A program made the position numbers and the translations under genes. DNA of 64,000 bases from NCBI GenBank assembly GCA_032161105.1, contig JAVHTD010000007.1. One strand, given 5' to 3'. The notes under the pieces are model-generated. The model did no database searches. It was not told where the DNA came from and saw only the letters and a list, made by a program, of their open reading frames with translations. Source of the DNA: Candidatus Thermosaccharophagus tengchongensis. Lineage in GTDB: Bacteria > Armatimonadota > Fervidibacteria > Fervidibacterales > Thermosaccharophagaceae. Below, piece by piece: positions 47,246 through 57,097 of the stretch (position 1 is its first letter; each line of letters begins with the position of its first letter).

Positions 47246-50200
47246 ATGGCTTTTGGACGCGATCACAATGGCTTAATGTTTTGGTGCATGCTTGTGGTGG
47301 CGCTTATGGTTTTCTCATCAAATGTGGATTGCTCAAACTCGGACAGCAATGTAAGCGGTAAGCTTTGGCGGGTTGACCTGAGTGGCGAGTGGAAATTCAA
47401 AGCCGGCGATGATGAGCGATATGCATTGCCGCAGTTTGATGACTCAAAGTGGGAGACACTACACGCACCGGCTTTGTGGGATGGTCAAGGTTACGCCGAC
47501 TATGATGGCTATGGATGGTATCGCAAATGGTTCTTCGTCCCGAAAGAGCTGAAGGGGCGCGAATTGCTCTTTGAACACGGTGGCGTGGATGATGACGATT
47601 GGGTTTACATCAATGGCGTGAAGGTTGGAGAGGGGAAGGGATGCTACATCCCGCGCAGCTACATCATCCCGGCAAGGCTCATAAACTACGGTGGGCAAAA
47701 CTTGATTGCGATCCGAATTTATGATGGCGCTATGGGCGGTGGATTAGCCAGAGGACCGTTAGGGGTGAGGGTGGTGAAGTTGAGTGACCGCATGGCAGTG
47801 GAAGGCGTGCGCATAGCCGGCAAGGTGGGCAGCAAAACGATGACATTGACCATGTGGTTGGTGTGCAAGGATGGAAGGCAACATAAGCCGAAGTTGAGCG
47901 TAAGCGTAATTGACCACTTCCTGAGGAAGCGCTTCCATCATTCGCTTGAGAGCTTCGTCCAGCCGGGAGAACGGAAGGAATTGTCGTTTCGCTTTGATGG
48001 TGGCGATAGCAAGGACTACCGAGTGCAAGTTGAAATGGCGGAGGGCAATGAGCGAGATGAGTGTTTCTTTCACATCTTGAGCGACATGACCGTTGGCATG
48101 CGCCCGACAATAGTCCTTTCCGGGGATTGGGAGATGACGCTCCCATCGGATGATAAGCTCCTTTTCCCGCCATCTGGCAAATGGCAACCCATTAAAGTCC
48201 CAATGCTTAGCTGGGGCGGTTGGAGCGGGAAAAACCACAGGGCATGGTTTAGGAGGACATTTGAGCTTCCGAGTGAGTTTTCAAACAAGCGCATCATTTT
48301 GCGCTTTGAGGCTGTAGCGCATCATGCTGTGGTCTATGTGAACGGCAAGATGGTTGGTGAGCATTTGGGCGGCTTTGAACCATTTGAGTTTGACATAACT
48401 GAGGTTGCCCGCCCGGGCGCGGAGAATGAATTGCTCGTTGGCGTGACTGATTGGATTGCCGGGTTGGTTGAGGGCATCGTGCCGCCGGATGACCCCGAAA
48501 AGATGCCCAAGGATTCAATGTTAATACCATACGGCAGTCGCCCGCATGCAAGGCGTGGCATATGGGACGATGTGTTCGTGTATGCCAGAGATGCCCTGCA
48601 CATTGCCGATGGGTTTATCATCACATCCGTGCGCAATAGGGCTTTGACGGTCAAAGTTAGGTTGCGTAACGACACGGACAACGCCACAACGGTTGAGCTG
48701 ATTGGCGATGTATACGATGGCGATATCAGAATGCTCTCGCTGCCAAGAAGATTGGTAACAGTTCCGGGGCACGGCAGCGTTGAGGTTGAATGCAGTTTGC
48801 CTGTGCCGCTTGAGGTTGATAGTGCTGGTAAGAGTGCGAGCAAAGCTTTCAAGTTATGGTTTCCACACGAGCCATATCTTTATCGCATGGCACTTCAGCT
48901 GTTCAAGGACGGGCGAAGGATTGATGAGCTTAACCTGCGCTTCGGCTTCCGAGAGGTTTGGATTGACGGAATCAATTACCGTCTCAATGGGCGCGTGTTC
49001 AAGCTGCGCGGTTTAGGTTGCCCTCCGATTGCTGCAACGCGTGAGGAGATACGGCGATATTATCTTGAGCGTTTGAAAGCCAACTTCACGCTCGTTCGCT
49101 TTCATATGCAACCGCGCCAAAGGCACTTCTATGAGATAGCTGACGAGGTTGGCATGTGCGTCAAGGACGAATCGGCATTTTACTGCGCTGCAAATGTTTA
49201 TGCCCTTGGCGATGAGCGCCTTTGGCGAAATTTAAGGGAGCACATAACTGGTATGGTGATGCGCTCCCGCAATCACCCATCATTGCTGATTTGGAGCGTT
49301 GAAAATGAGATACTTCACTGTGGTGGTATGCGAGTTAAGGGCACAGATGAGCGCATCTACGAACTCGGCAAACTCATAATGGAGCTTGACCCGACGAGAC
49401 CAATTGAATTTGAGGGTGATGGCGATGTAAATGGGCGTGCGCTAACGATTAACATTCACTATCCGAGGGAGTTCGGTTGCCACGATCACAACCTTTTCCC
49501 GAACGATGCCTACTGGCTCGGCAAAGAGGGAAATGACAGGTGGCCGCGTGAGCTCATCTGGAAGCGCGACAAACCGCTAATCATTGGCGAGTTCTGCTAT
49601 TATCCATACAGCCGTCCGCCGGGCGGCGTTTCCATCTTCCTTGGAGATGCGGTGTATGAGAGCCGAGAAGCCGAAAGGGAGGCGCATAGGATTGGCGTCA
49701 GGATGCTGTGCGATGGCACAAGGCGTTCGGGCGTTGCAGGGCTTAATCCTTGGGTGGATGATTTGCGCTATAGCATTGAATGCCTCAAGCCGATTGCAGC
49801 CACACTTGACCGATACGACAGGACATTCCTCTCGGGCGAGATCGTAGAACGGGACATCGCTGTCCATAACGATACCTTGCACAGGCGCAAACTCATTCTG
49901 ACTGCTTCAGTCAGAGTCGGCAATGCCACAGTGGCGCGGCGGACATTCAACTTGGATATGGATGCGGGCGAGATGCGCCTCGTCAAGTTTTCGTGGCGAA
50001 TGCCGAATGTGAATGCGCGAACCGCTGCATCGCTGAGGCTGACCATACAGGATGGAGCGCAGGTTGCATTTGATGAGGAGCACAAACTCTGGGTCTTTCC
50101 GAGAGCACGGTTGCAAGCTATTAATGGCTTGCGAGTCGCCCTGTTTGACCCAGTTGGCGAGACAGCCAGAGCTCTCACCGAGGTTGGCTTGCGCCCTAAA

Positions 50201-51355
50201 GTGCTGAGCAGCTTGGATGGCGACATGCGCCAGCTGTTTGACTTGCTCCTCATCGGTAAAGGCGCGGCTGAAACAAGCACATTCAAACTCGGTGTAAATG
50301 CCCTGCTCAAGTTCGTCCACGACGGCGGGATCGCGTTTTTCTTTGAACAGACATCGCAACCTGCGTGGCTGCCGATACAATTGCGCTTGGACGAACGCAG
50401 AGCTGCCACTATGGCTTACATCAGATGTGCATCACATCCGCTGCTTAAGGGGATGCATCCGGATGACTTTAAGTGGTGGCGTGGCGACCACATCGTTGCG
50501 CGCTCATTGTTTGTAAAGCCATCACAAGGTGCGTTCCGAATATTGGTTGAGTGTGGCGGTAGGGGTGGTTTGCGTTGGACGCCGCTTGTTGAATTGCTGC
50601 ACGGAAATGGTGTGCTGGTAATGTGCCAACTTGATGTGACTGCAAAGATCCGGGTTGAGCCAGTGGCTCAAAATCTAATCTCCAACTTGCTCTCATATGC
50701 TGCTTCATTTAAGCCGCTCCGAAAGAGGCGCATCGGTGTTATCTCGGTGCAAGGTTCACCGATGCTGAGGGTGATGAAGGAAGTCGGCATCGCGTTTGAT
50801 GATTTGACGCAGCACCTTGGCACTACCAAATTTGATGCCTATGAAGTGCTCGTGATTGATGGCGGTGCGCTTGAGCTGTGCAAGGGGCGGTTGGATGAGT
50901 TGCGCTCTTTCATCAGCCGTGGCGGCATCGTCTGGATACGCCAACCGCAATCGGTTGAGTTACTACGCCAAGTAGCTCCGCATATTGTCGGATTGAGGAA
51001 GCAGAAGCTCAATGGGAGAGTTGTGAAGGTGGGCGATGACGAGCTGCTTTCCAGCATCAGCAACTCAGACCTGTTTTGGTATCGTGAGGATTGCTGGTAT
51101 GCTGATTGGGAGGGGCGCGGCAGCGGATTAATCGGCGATCCAGCTGACAGCGTCATTGAGCTTACAGGTGGTGATGAAGCGAAGGCACTCACGCAACCGT
51201 GTGCATTGGCTAAGGTGCAGATTGGGAATGGCATCCTGCTCATTGACACTTTGAACCTCACAGATCCGCCAAGCGATGTCCGAGATAAAGCCACGCGCAT
51301 ATTCTCAGTGCTGCTGACAAACTTGTGCACTTATCCGGCTGTGCAAGGGCGTTAA
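47246..51355 (+). CDS. Large secreted GH2-family glycoside hydrolase with extra domains
   Basis: Two sugar-binding jelly-roll modules (LSGEWKF..GYGWYRK; LSGDW..HLGGFEPFEFDIT), FGFRE, RNHPSLLIWSVENE, IIGEF. Confidence 0.85.
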   Translation: MAFGRDHNGLMFWCMLVVALMVFSSNVDCSNSDSNVSGKLWRVDLSGEWKFKAGDDERYALPQFDDSKWETLHAPALWDGQGYADYDGYGWYRKWFFVPKELKGRELLFEHGGVDDDDWVYINGVKVGEGKGCYIPRSYIIPARLINYGGQNLIAIRIYDGAMGGGLARGPLGVRVVKLSDRMAVEGVRIAGKVGSKTMTLTMWLVCKDGRQHKPKLSVSVIDHFLRKRFHHSLESFVQPGERKELSFRFDGGDSKDYRVQVEMAEGNERDECFFHILSDMTVGMRPTIVLSGDWEMTLPSDDKLLFPPSGKWQPIKVPMLSWGGWSGKNHRAWFRRTFELPSEFSNKRIILRFEAVAHHAVVYVNGKMVGEHLGGFEPFEFDITEVARPGAENELLVGVTDWIAGLVEGIVPPDDPEKMPKDSMLIPYGSRPHARRGIWDDVFVYARDALHIADGFIITSVRNRALTVKVRLRNDTDNATTVELIGDVYDGDIRMLSLPRRLVTVPGHGSVEVECSLPVPLEVDSAGKSASKAFKLWFPHEPYLYRMALQLFKDGRRIDELNLRFGFREVWIDGINYRLNGRVFKLRGLGCPPIAATREEIRRYYLERLKANFTLVRFHMQPRQRHFYEIADEVGMCVKDESAFYCAANVYALGDERLWRNLREHITGMVMRSRNHPSLLIWSVENEILHCGGMRVKGTDERIYELGKLIMELDPTRPIEFEGDGDVNGRALTINIHYPREFGCHDHNLFPNDAYWLGKEGNDRWPRELIWKRDKPLIIGEFCYYPYSRPPGGVSIFLGDAVYESREAEREAHRIGVRMLCDGTRRSGVAGLNPWVDDLRYSIECLKPIAATLDRYDRTFLSGEIVERDIAVHNDTLHRRKLILTASVRVGNATVARRTFNLDMDAGEMRLVKFSWRMPNVNARTAASLRLTIQDGAQVAFDEEHKLWVFPRARLQAINGLRVALFDPVGETARALTEVGLRPKVLSSLDGDMRQLFDLLLIGKGAAETSTFKLGVNALLKFVHDGGIAFFFEQTSQPAWLPIQLRLDERRAATMAYIRCASHPLLKGMHPDDFKWWRGDHIVARSLFVKPSQGAFRILVECGGRGGLRWTPLVELLHGNGVLVMCQLDVTAKIRVEPVAQNLISNLLSYAASFKPLRKRRIGVISVQGSPMLRVMKEVGIAFDDLTQHLGTTKFDAYEVLVIDGGALELCKGRLDELRSFISRGGIVWIRQPQSVELLRQVAPHIVGLRKQKLNGRVVKVGDDELLSSISNSDLFWYREDCWYADWEGRGSGLIGDPADSVIELTGGDEAKALTQPCALAKVQIGNGILLIDTLNLTDPPSDVRDKATRIFSVLLTNLCTYPAVQGR

Positions 51356-51380
51356 GTATCCGTTTGGTAGGTGATGGAGC

Positions 51381-52700
51381 GTGGACGATTATAAGACGGT
51401 CAAGAGCTTTTCGGCGCAATCTCGGCGTGATTTCATCAAGTCATCCGTGGCTGCGCCGGCTATTGTGCTTGGGGTTTTGAATGTAAGCAGCGCTGGCGTG
51501 TATGTTGCCGGGAGCGATGTCATACGCGTTGGTGTCATAGGCTGTGGTGGGAGGGGAGCGGGTGCTGCCGTTGATGCCATGGCTGCAGATAGTGGCGTGC
51601 GCATAGTTGCGCTTGCTGACCTGTTTGAGAGCCGAGTGCGAGAGAAGATGCAGCTTCTGAAGGAGCGCAATCCAAAGCAAGTGCTCGTTGATAACGACCA
51701 TTGTTTTGTTGGCTTTGATGCATATAAGCATGTGATTGAGTGCAGCGATGTTGTCCTAATTGCGTGCGCTTCAAAGTTTCACCCATTTTATGTGCACTCT
51801 GCTGTTGAAGCCGGTAAGCATGTCTTTGTTGAAAAGCCGCCGGCAATAGACCCAGCTGGTGTGAAGCTGCTTTCGGAGGCTTGTGAATTAGCCAAGAAGA
51901 GGGGGCTCTGCGTCGTTTCCGGGTTGCAGAGCCGATACCATCATGGATATCGTGAAGCCATACAGCGTGTGCATGATGGCGCAATCGGCGATATCGTTGC
52001 GATTGAGGAGAATTTCCTCCGCGCACCATACGGTGTTGTGCACCGCCAGCCATGGATGAACGAGCTGCAATTCCAGTTGATGAATTGGTATCACTTCAGT
52101 TGGCTATCGGGTGACGATGTTGTCCAATCGCTCATTCACAACCTTGATAGAGCAACATGGGCATTGAGAGAGCAAGCACCTGTTAGGGCGCATGGCATGG
52201 GAGGGCGTTCAGCATGGTTTGAAGAGGCTGCTGGAAATGTGTTTGACCATCATTCAGTCGTTTATGAATATGCAAACGGTGTGCGAGTGTATGCCTTCTG
52301 CAGGACGCAGGTTGGATGTTACAACGAGGTCTCAAGCAAGATCTTTGGCACGAAGGGCGTGTGCTATCTGACGGATATGCGCATTGATGGCGAGACGAAA
52401 TGGCGTTACGAAGGTCCGCCGTGCAATCCATACCTTGAAGAGCACAAAGCGCTGTTTAGCGCCATACGCTCTGGGAAACCCATTGTCAACGATTACATGG
52501 TCCGTTCAACGCTCGTTTCAATCATGGGTCAGATTGCATGTTACACTGGGCAACGCATCTCGTGGGAACAGGTTGAGAAGTCAAACTTCCACTATCCACC
52601 CAAGCCCGAGGAGTGCAGTTTTGACATGGAGCCGCCCGTGAAGCCGGGTCGTGATGGGCTTTATCCCGTCCCAATACCGGGTGTTACGAAGCTCATTTGA
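51381..52700 (+). CDS. Gfo/Idh/MocA oxidoreductase with Tat signal
   Basis: SRRDFI leader, GVIGCGGRG, HVFVEKP, GLQSRY, WLSGD...IHNLD. Confidence 0.92.
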   Translation: MDDYKTVKSFSAQSRRDFIKSSVAAPAIVLGVLNVSSAGVYVAGSDVIRVGVIGCGGRGAGAAVDAMAADSGVRIVALADLFESRVREKMQLLKERNPKQVLVDNDHCFVGFDAYKHVIECSDVVLIACASKFHPFYVHSAVEAGKHVFVEKPPAIDPAGVKLLSEACELAKKRGLCVVSGLQSRYHHGYREAIQRVHDGAIGDIVAIEENFLRAPYGVVHRQPWMNELQFQLMNWYHFSWLSGDDVVQSLIHNLDRATWALREQAPVRAHGMGGRSAWFEEAAGNVFDHHSVVYEYANGVRVYAFCRTQVGCYNEVSSKIFGTKGVCYLTDMRIDGETKWRYEGPPCNPYLEEHKALFSAIRSGKPIVNDYMVRSTLVSIMGQIACYTGQRISWEQVEKSNFHYPPKPEECSFDMEPPVKPGRDGLYPVPIPGVTKLI

Positions 52701-52797
52701 GCGCTACGGATTTCCGAGCTAAAATAAAAATTTGTGGGATTGCCCGTGCCAAGTGAGTATATTTAACCTGGCTTGCAGCGCGGGGGTGAACGCGTTT

Positions 52798-53700
52798 ATG
52801 GCAGAACAGAAGACAACGATCCCTCAGGAGATTCAAGAGCTTGCGAGGATAGTTGAAGGCGATGGCGGGCAGGTGCTCGCTATCTATCAAGAGCCATATG
52901 CAAATGCGTGGCAGCTCTTCGTCATGTTGCCGATGGAAAAAGTGAAGCCAACTCCATATCAGCGTGACCTATCCGACAACCATGTTGAACGCCTCATGGA
53001 TGTGATAAGAACTGTAGGGCGCTTTTTAGACCCAATCGTTGCTATACGGGCGCCGAACGGCGAATATTGGACGCCAAACGGAAACCATAGGCGTGCAGCG
53101 CTTGAAGCCCTCGGAAAAAAGATGATACCAGCCATCCTCCTGCCAGAGGCTGAGGTGGCTTTTCAAATACTGGCACTCAATACGGAGAAGGCGCATAACT
53201 TGAAGGAGAAGTCGCTTGAGGTCATACGCATGTATCGCGGGTTGATTGAGGGAACAGTCTCAGAGAGCACACCTGAACTGCGCGAGGTTGATGTGGCATT
53301 CCATTTTGAGGAAGCATACTATGCCACTCTCGGCTTAATCTATGAGAGGTCAAAATCGTTCAGCGGCGGTCCATACACGAGCTTGCTGAAGAAGGTTGAT
53401 AGGTTCCTTGACCTGCCGTTGCGTGAGGCATATGAGGTGAGAGAACAGCGCTCACAGAGGTTGGAGGAAGTGGACAAATTGGTCATTGATATAGTTCGCA
53501 GGCTAAAGGAAAAGGGCATAGCGCATCCATTCGTCAAGCACTATGTGGTATCGCAATGCAACCCTATAGGCAGGGCTCGCAAGGTCACAATGGAATACGA
53601 TGAGGCGATTGATAAGCTGGCGCAAAACCTCCGTGAGTTTAATGTTGATAAAGTCAGGATAGAGGATATTGCACGAGTTGCCGCTGCTACCGAACTTTGA
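52798..53700 (+). CDS. Stand-alone ParB/Srx-like N-terminal domain protein
   Basis: PTPYQRD, FLDPI, TPNGNHRRAAL, LALNTEK. Confidence 0.75.
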   Translation: MAEQKTTIPQEIQELARIVEGDGGQVLAIYQEPYANAWQLFVMLPMEKVKPTPYQRDLSDNHVERLMDVIRTVGRFLDPIVAIRAPNGEYWTPNGNHRRAALEALGKKMIPAILLPEAEVAFQILALNTEKAHNLKEKSLEVIRMYRGLIEGTVSESTPELREVDVAFHFEEAYYATLGLIYERSKSFSGGPYTSLLKKVDRFLDLPLREAYEVREQRSQRLEEVDKLVIDIVRRLKEKGIAHPFVKHYVVSQCNPIGRARKVTMEYDEAIDKLAQNLREFNVDKVRIEDIARVAAATEL

Positions 53701-53759
53701 AGCCCGTCATCGTAAGGCACATCCATCGGGTGCGAGATGAATGACGGAGTGAGGACTAA

Positions 53760-55907
53760 ATGCACATTATGGCGGCTCCAGTAAGCAGGCTGGGCTCCCG
53801 CTTTACGCTCGTCTTTGACCCATGGGCACATCAGGTCCTTCACTCGGCACTCGGCAGGTGGCTTGATTTCCCAACCGACTTTGCGGTTGGGATTGAAAGC
53901 GATGGCGTGTGCAAAGCGTTGCCTTTCACAAAGCGCTTTGAGCACTTTGAGGTGGTTGAACAGGAATTGCGCATGTGCGGTGTGTCCTTCACGGGGCGCT
54001 CGCTGCAACTTGGGCTCGGGTTGAAGATGGAGGTCATCTCTCCATTCTACCCGGAGGATGAGTGGGTATCGCTTGCGCCCTTTTTCTTCTTCAGGCTCAA
54101 TGTCTTTCCCGTTGAGCGCCTCTTTTGGTCGTCAGCGGAGAGAGCACCAAAGCGTGGGAGAGTCTTCCTACAGCTGCGCCGAGATGGATTGCGCATAAAG
54201 CCGTCTTTTGACAGGCTCAAACTTTCATACGAGGTGCCGATGAGGATATGGCGCGGCGAACGCTATCGCCCAATCAATGGAAATGTTGGAGAAGATGTAT
54301 GGAGGTGTGAAGAGCGCATACTGCCACTCTCTCCCGAGGCAAGGCTTTCTGAGGAGGGAATTGAATTTGAGTTTGACTTGACAGATGCTTCAAGGTCGCA
54401 ATTTGAGGTTTTGTGGTGCGCATATGTTGATGAGCCAGTGCTGAACATATTCGGCGAGCCAGCTTCCTTCAAATACATCTGGCTTTTTAGCGATGTTGAT
54501 TCGTTGGCTCACTTCGCCAGCGCCAATCGGAACGAAATTCTCCGAAAGACGGATTTGTTTGAGAGCTTGTTTGGAGATGCAGCATTGAGCAAGTCACAAG
54601 CTGACCTTATAAAGTTCGCCTTCCAAAACTTCCTGCTGAACACTTGGTGGGTTGTGCGTGAGGATGGCAGCGACTGGTTTAGCGTATGGGAGGGCTCTTG
54701 CCATTACCACAGCACGGTTGATGTGGAGTATAACTGTGCCATCGTTTACCTGTCGCTCTGGCATGAGTTGCTTGAGATGCTTATTAACGAGTGGTCGTGC
54801 TTTGAAATGCGTGACGAGGTTGGGAGCTACATAGCGCATGACATGGGACAAGGGCTTGAGGTTGGCAAGCAGGGATACCCACACCCAATGCAAGTTGAAG
54901 AGAACGCCAACTTCATCCTGATGCTGTTTTGCCTATGGCGTTGGACTGGAAATGATGAGCTCATTGAGCGCCACCATGAGCTGTGCAAGCGCTTGACTGC
55001 ATACTTTGAGCGCAGTGACACGACTGGCAATGGTTTCCCAAATGTCGGTGTGGCGAATACGATTGATGACGCATCCCCAGCTGTTCAGTATGCCCGTGAG
55101 CAAACTTATCTTGCCGTTAAAACGCTTTGTGCATGCCATGCGGCTTCAATCATGGCTGAGAGCTTGGGCGATTGTGAGTGGGCATCTCAATGCCGAGGAA
55201 TAGTTGAACGCATACGAAAGACGCTTGATGAACAAGCTTGGCTTGGCGACCATTACGCAGTTTGCCTTGAGAGGACTATGGATGGGCTTGTTGATGTGTG
55301 GAGTGGCGAGCAGCTGAGCGGTGAGATGCTTGGATGGGACGCATACTCAATCTACACAGCCAATGGTTTGCTCTATTTGCTTTTGTGCGGTGAGTTGCCC
55401 CCAATCAACATGGAGAGGGTGAGCACCGACTTGGTGAATTCCTATGTCATGTCACTGAGCGAATACGGATGCACGCATACGAGTGCAGACTTAACCAATG
55501 TCTGGGTGTCACAAAATTTGTGGCGTGACTTCGTCGCCTCATACTTGGGCGTGAACTTGCCCGATAACTCCAGCCGTTACTTCTCCCTTCAGGAGCTCAT
55601 GAACACTGGCTCGCTCACCAAGGGCTTCATTGACACCCACTTTGCTAACAACCTTTGCTTCTATCCCCGTGGCATTACCTCAATCGGCTATTTGCTTTCG
55701 CTATGCGGGTTGCAAATTGACAGGCACAGGGGCTTAGTAAAGCTCAAGCGGCGTGCGCCATACCCGTGCCGCATACCGCTGTTGCCGCTCGCCGATTGGC
55801 GTGAGGGGGTTATACCATTCGCTGTTTACGAACTTGTGGATGGCGAGATAAGAGGGCGTATAATTGGCGAGCAAGCGCTCATCGGATTAAGGGTTGAATG
55901 GGTTTGA
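53760..55907 (+). CDS. GtaA/DUF4965-like six-hairpin glycosidase-fold protein
   Basis: WEG..STVDV, AHDMG, MQVEENANFILM, TIDD, LAVK. Confidence 0.6.
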   Translation: MHIMAAPVSRLGSRFTLVFDPWAHQVLHSALGRWLDFPTDFAVGIESDGVCKALPFTKRFEHFEVVEQELRMCGVSFTGRSLQLGLGLKMEVISPFYPEDEWVSLAPFFFFRLNVFPVERLFWSSAERAPKRGRVFLQLRRDGLRIKPSFDRLKLSYEVPMRIWRGERYRPINGNVGEDVWRCEERILPLSPEARLSEEGIEFEFDLTDASRSQFEVLWCAYVDEPVLNIFGEPASFKYIWLFSDVDSLAHFASANRNEILRKTDLFESLFGDAALSKSQADLIKFAFQNFLLNTWWVVREDGSDWFSVWEGSCHYHSTVDVEYNCAIVYLSLWHELLEMLINEWSCFEMRDEVGSYIAHDMGQGLEVGKQGYPHPMQVEENANFILMLFCLWRWTGNDELIERHHELCKRLTAYFERSDTTGNGFPNVGVANTIDDASPAVQYAREQTYLAVKTLCACHAASIMAESLGDCEWASQCRGIVERIRKTLDEQAWLGDHYAVCLERTMDGLVDVWSGEQLSGEMLGWDAYSIYTANGLLYLLLCGELPPINMERVSTDLVNSYVMSLSEYGCTHTSADLTNVWVSQNLWRDFVASYLGVNLPDNSSRYFSLQELMNTGSLTKGFIDTHFANNLCFYPRGITSIGYLLSLCGLQIDRHRGLVKLKRRAPYPCRIPLLPLADWREGVIPFAVYELVDGEIRGRIIGEQALIGLRVEWV

Positions 55908-55952
55908 TGAGCAAATCACAGCCGAAGTTACCCCTGTGGTTAGCGTGGTGGT

Positions 55953-56900
55953 TTATGTTGTGCCGCTCGCTTTTGACCACGCTTCATAAAAGACACGCTT
56001 TGTTGCCGCAAGCACCATCTGCCAGTCCTGCCCCTCCAACGGCTTTATCTCAAATGTGAACCACGGGAGTTTCGTCGGGACGCTGCGCCTGAGATACCCA
56101 CTGTAGATTAGCGCCTCAATGAAGATGCGCAGCTCCTCAACATCATTCTCACTGCCAGCTACACCAAATGGCGGATGTTGGTCGCCATACAGCGGATGAC
56201 CAACTTGCTTCACACAGTTCCCAGCGTGAACATGTATCAAGTGTTCCCCGAGGGCAGCCATGCAATCCTCTGGTGTCTCATTCAACAGCGGCAAGTGGCT
56301 TAAGTCAACGCATATTCCGAAGTTGTCCACTTGTTCCTTCACTCTCTCGGCGACTTCAGCTGCATCTGTGCTCGGACCGATGAGGCGCTTCCTATCAACA
56401 TCCCTGTCAAACGATTCAAGCGTTATAGTGAGCGGCTTGCGATCGTTTGGTGCTTTTTCCTGTGCGTATCGGCATACGGTGACGATTGTATCAACGAGGT
56501 TGTCCAATGCTTTACCTTTTTCCTGTTCGCCTGGGTAAGGTCCGCTTAGCATAGCCATTATGGCTGCACCGAGTTCATAGGCTTCATCAACGGCACTTTT
56601 GAGAGCCTCAATCGCTGTTAAGCGTTCAGCATCATCGGGCGAATTAGGGTTGAGGTTGTTCCACAGTATGATCGGCTGAGCGGCATAGCCAACTTCCATG
56701 TGCGCATCTTCAAGCAATTTCCTGACCTGTTTGCGCATCTGTGCATCAGCAATGTGCGTCAGCTCAACCACTTGGAAAAATTCATCGTTTGCGATGATGC
56801 GAATTGTCTCAAGAGCGGCATTTGGATCACGAGCTGCGTGCGGGAATGCCATAAAGTGCACCAACCCAATGTGTATGCTCCCCTGCCACAGGTGTGCCAT
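55953..56900 (-). CDS. Sugar phosphate isomerase/epimerase (xylose isomerase-like TIM barrel)
   Basis: LESFD, VDLSHLPL, HVHAGN, GDQHPPFG, FEIKP. Confidence 0.85.
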   Translation of the reverse strand: MAHLWQGSIHIGLVHFMAFPHAARDPNAALETIRIIANDEFFQVVELTHIADAQMRKQVRKLLEDAHMEVGYAAQPIILWNNLNPNSPDDAERLTAIEALKSAVDEAYELGAAIMAMLSGPYPGEQEKGKALDNLVDTIVTVCRYAQEKAPNDRKPLTITLESFDRDVDRKRLIGPSTDAAEVAERVKEQVDNFGICVDLSHLPLLNETPEDCMAALGEHLIHVHAGNCVKQVGHPLYGDQHPPFGVAGSENDVEELRIFIEALIYSGYLRRSVPTKLPWFTFEIKPLEGQDWQMVLAATKRVFYEAWSKASGTT

Positions 56901-57097
56901 CTTCCTCCCCCCTTGATGCGGTGTTCACGCCCTCATTCACACGCATCTAAGCTTACGATGCGGGTGCCTTATCGGCGCTGCGTCATACTTAATGTGACAA
57001 CATTGCGATGGTGAAGTAAATCCACATTGCATTAAGGGCTCGTTAAGCCTCTCGCAGATGATGCAGATTGCGCGCCATTGCAGAGGAGGGAAGGGAG

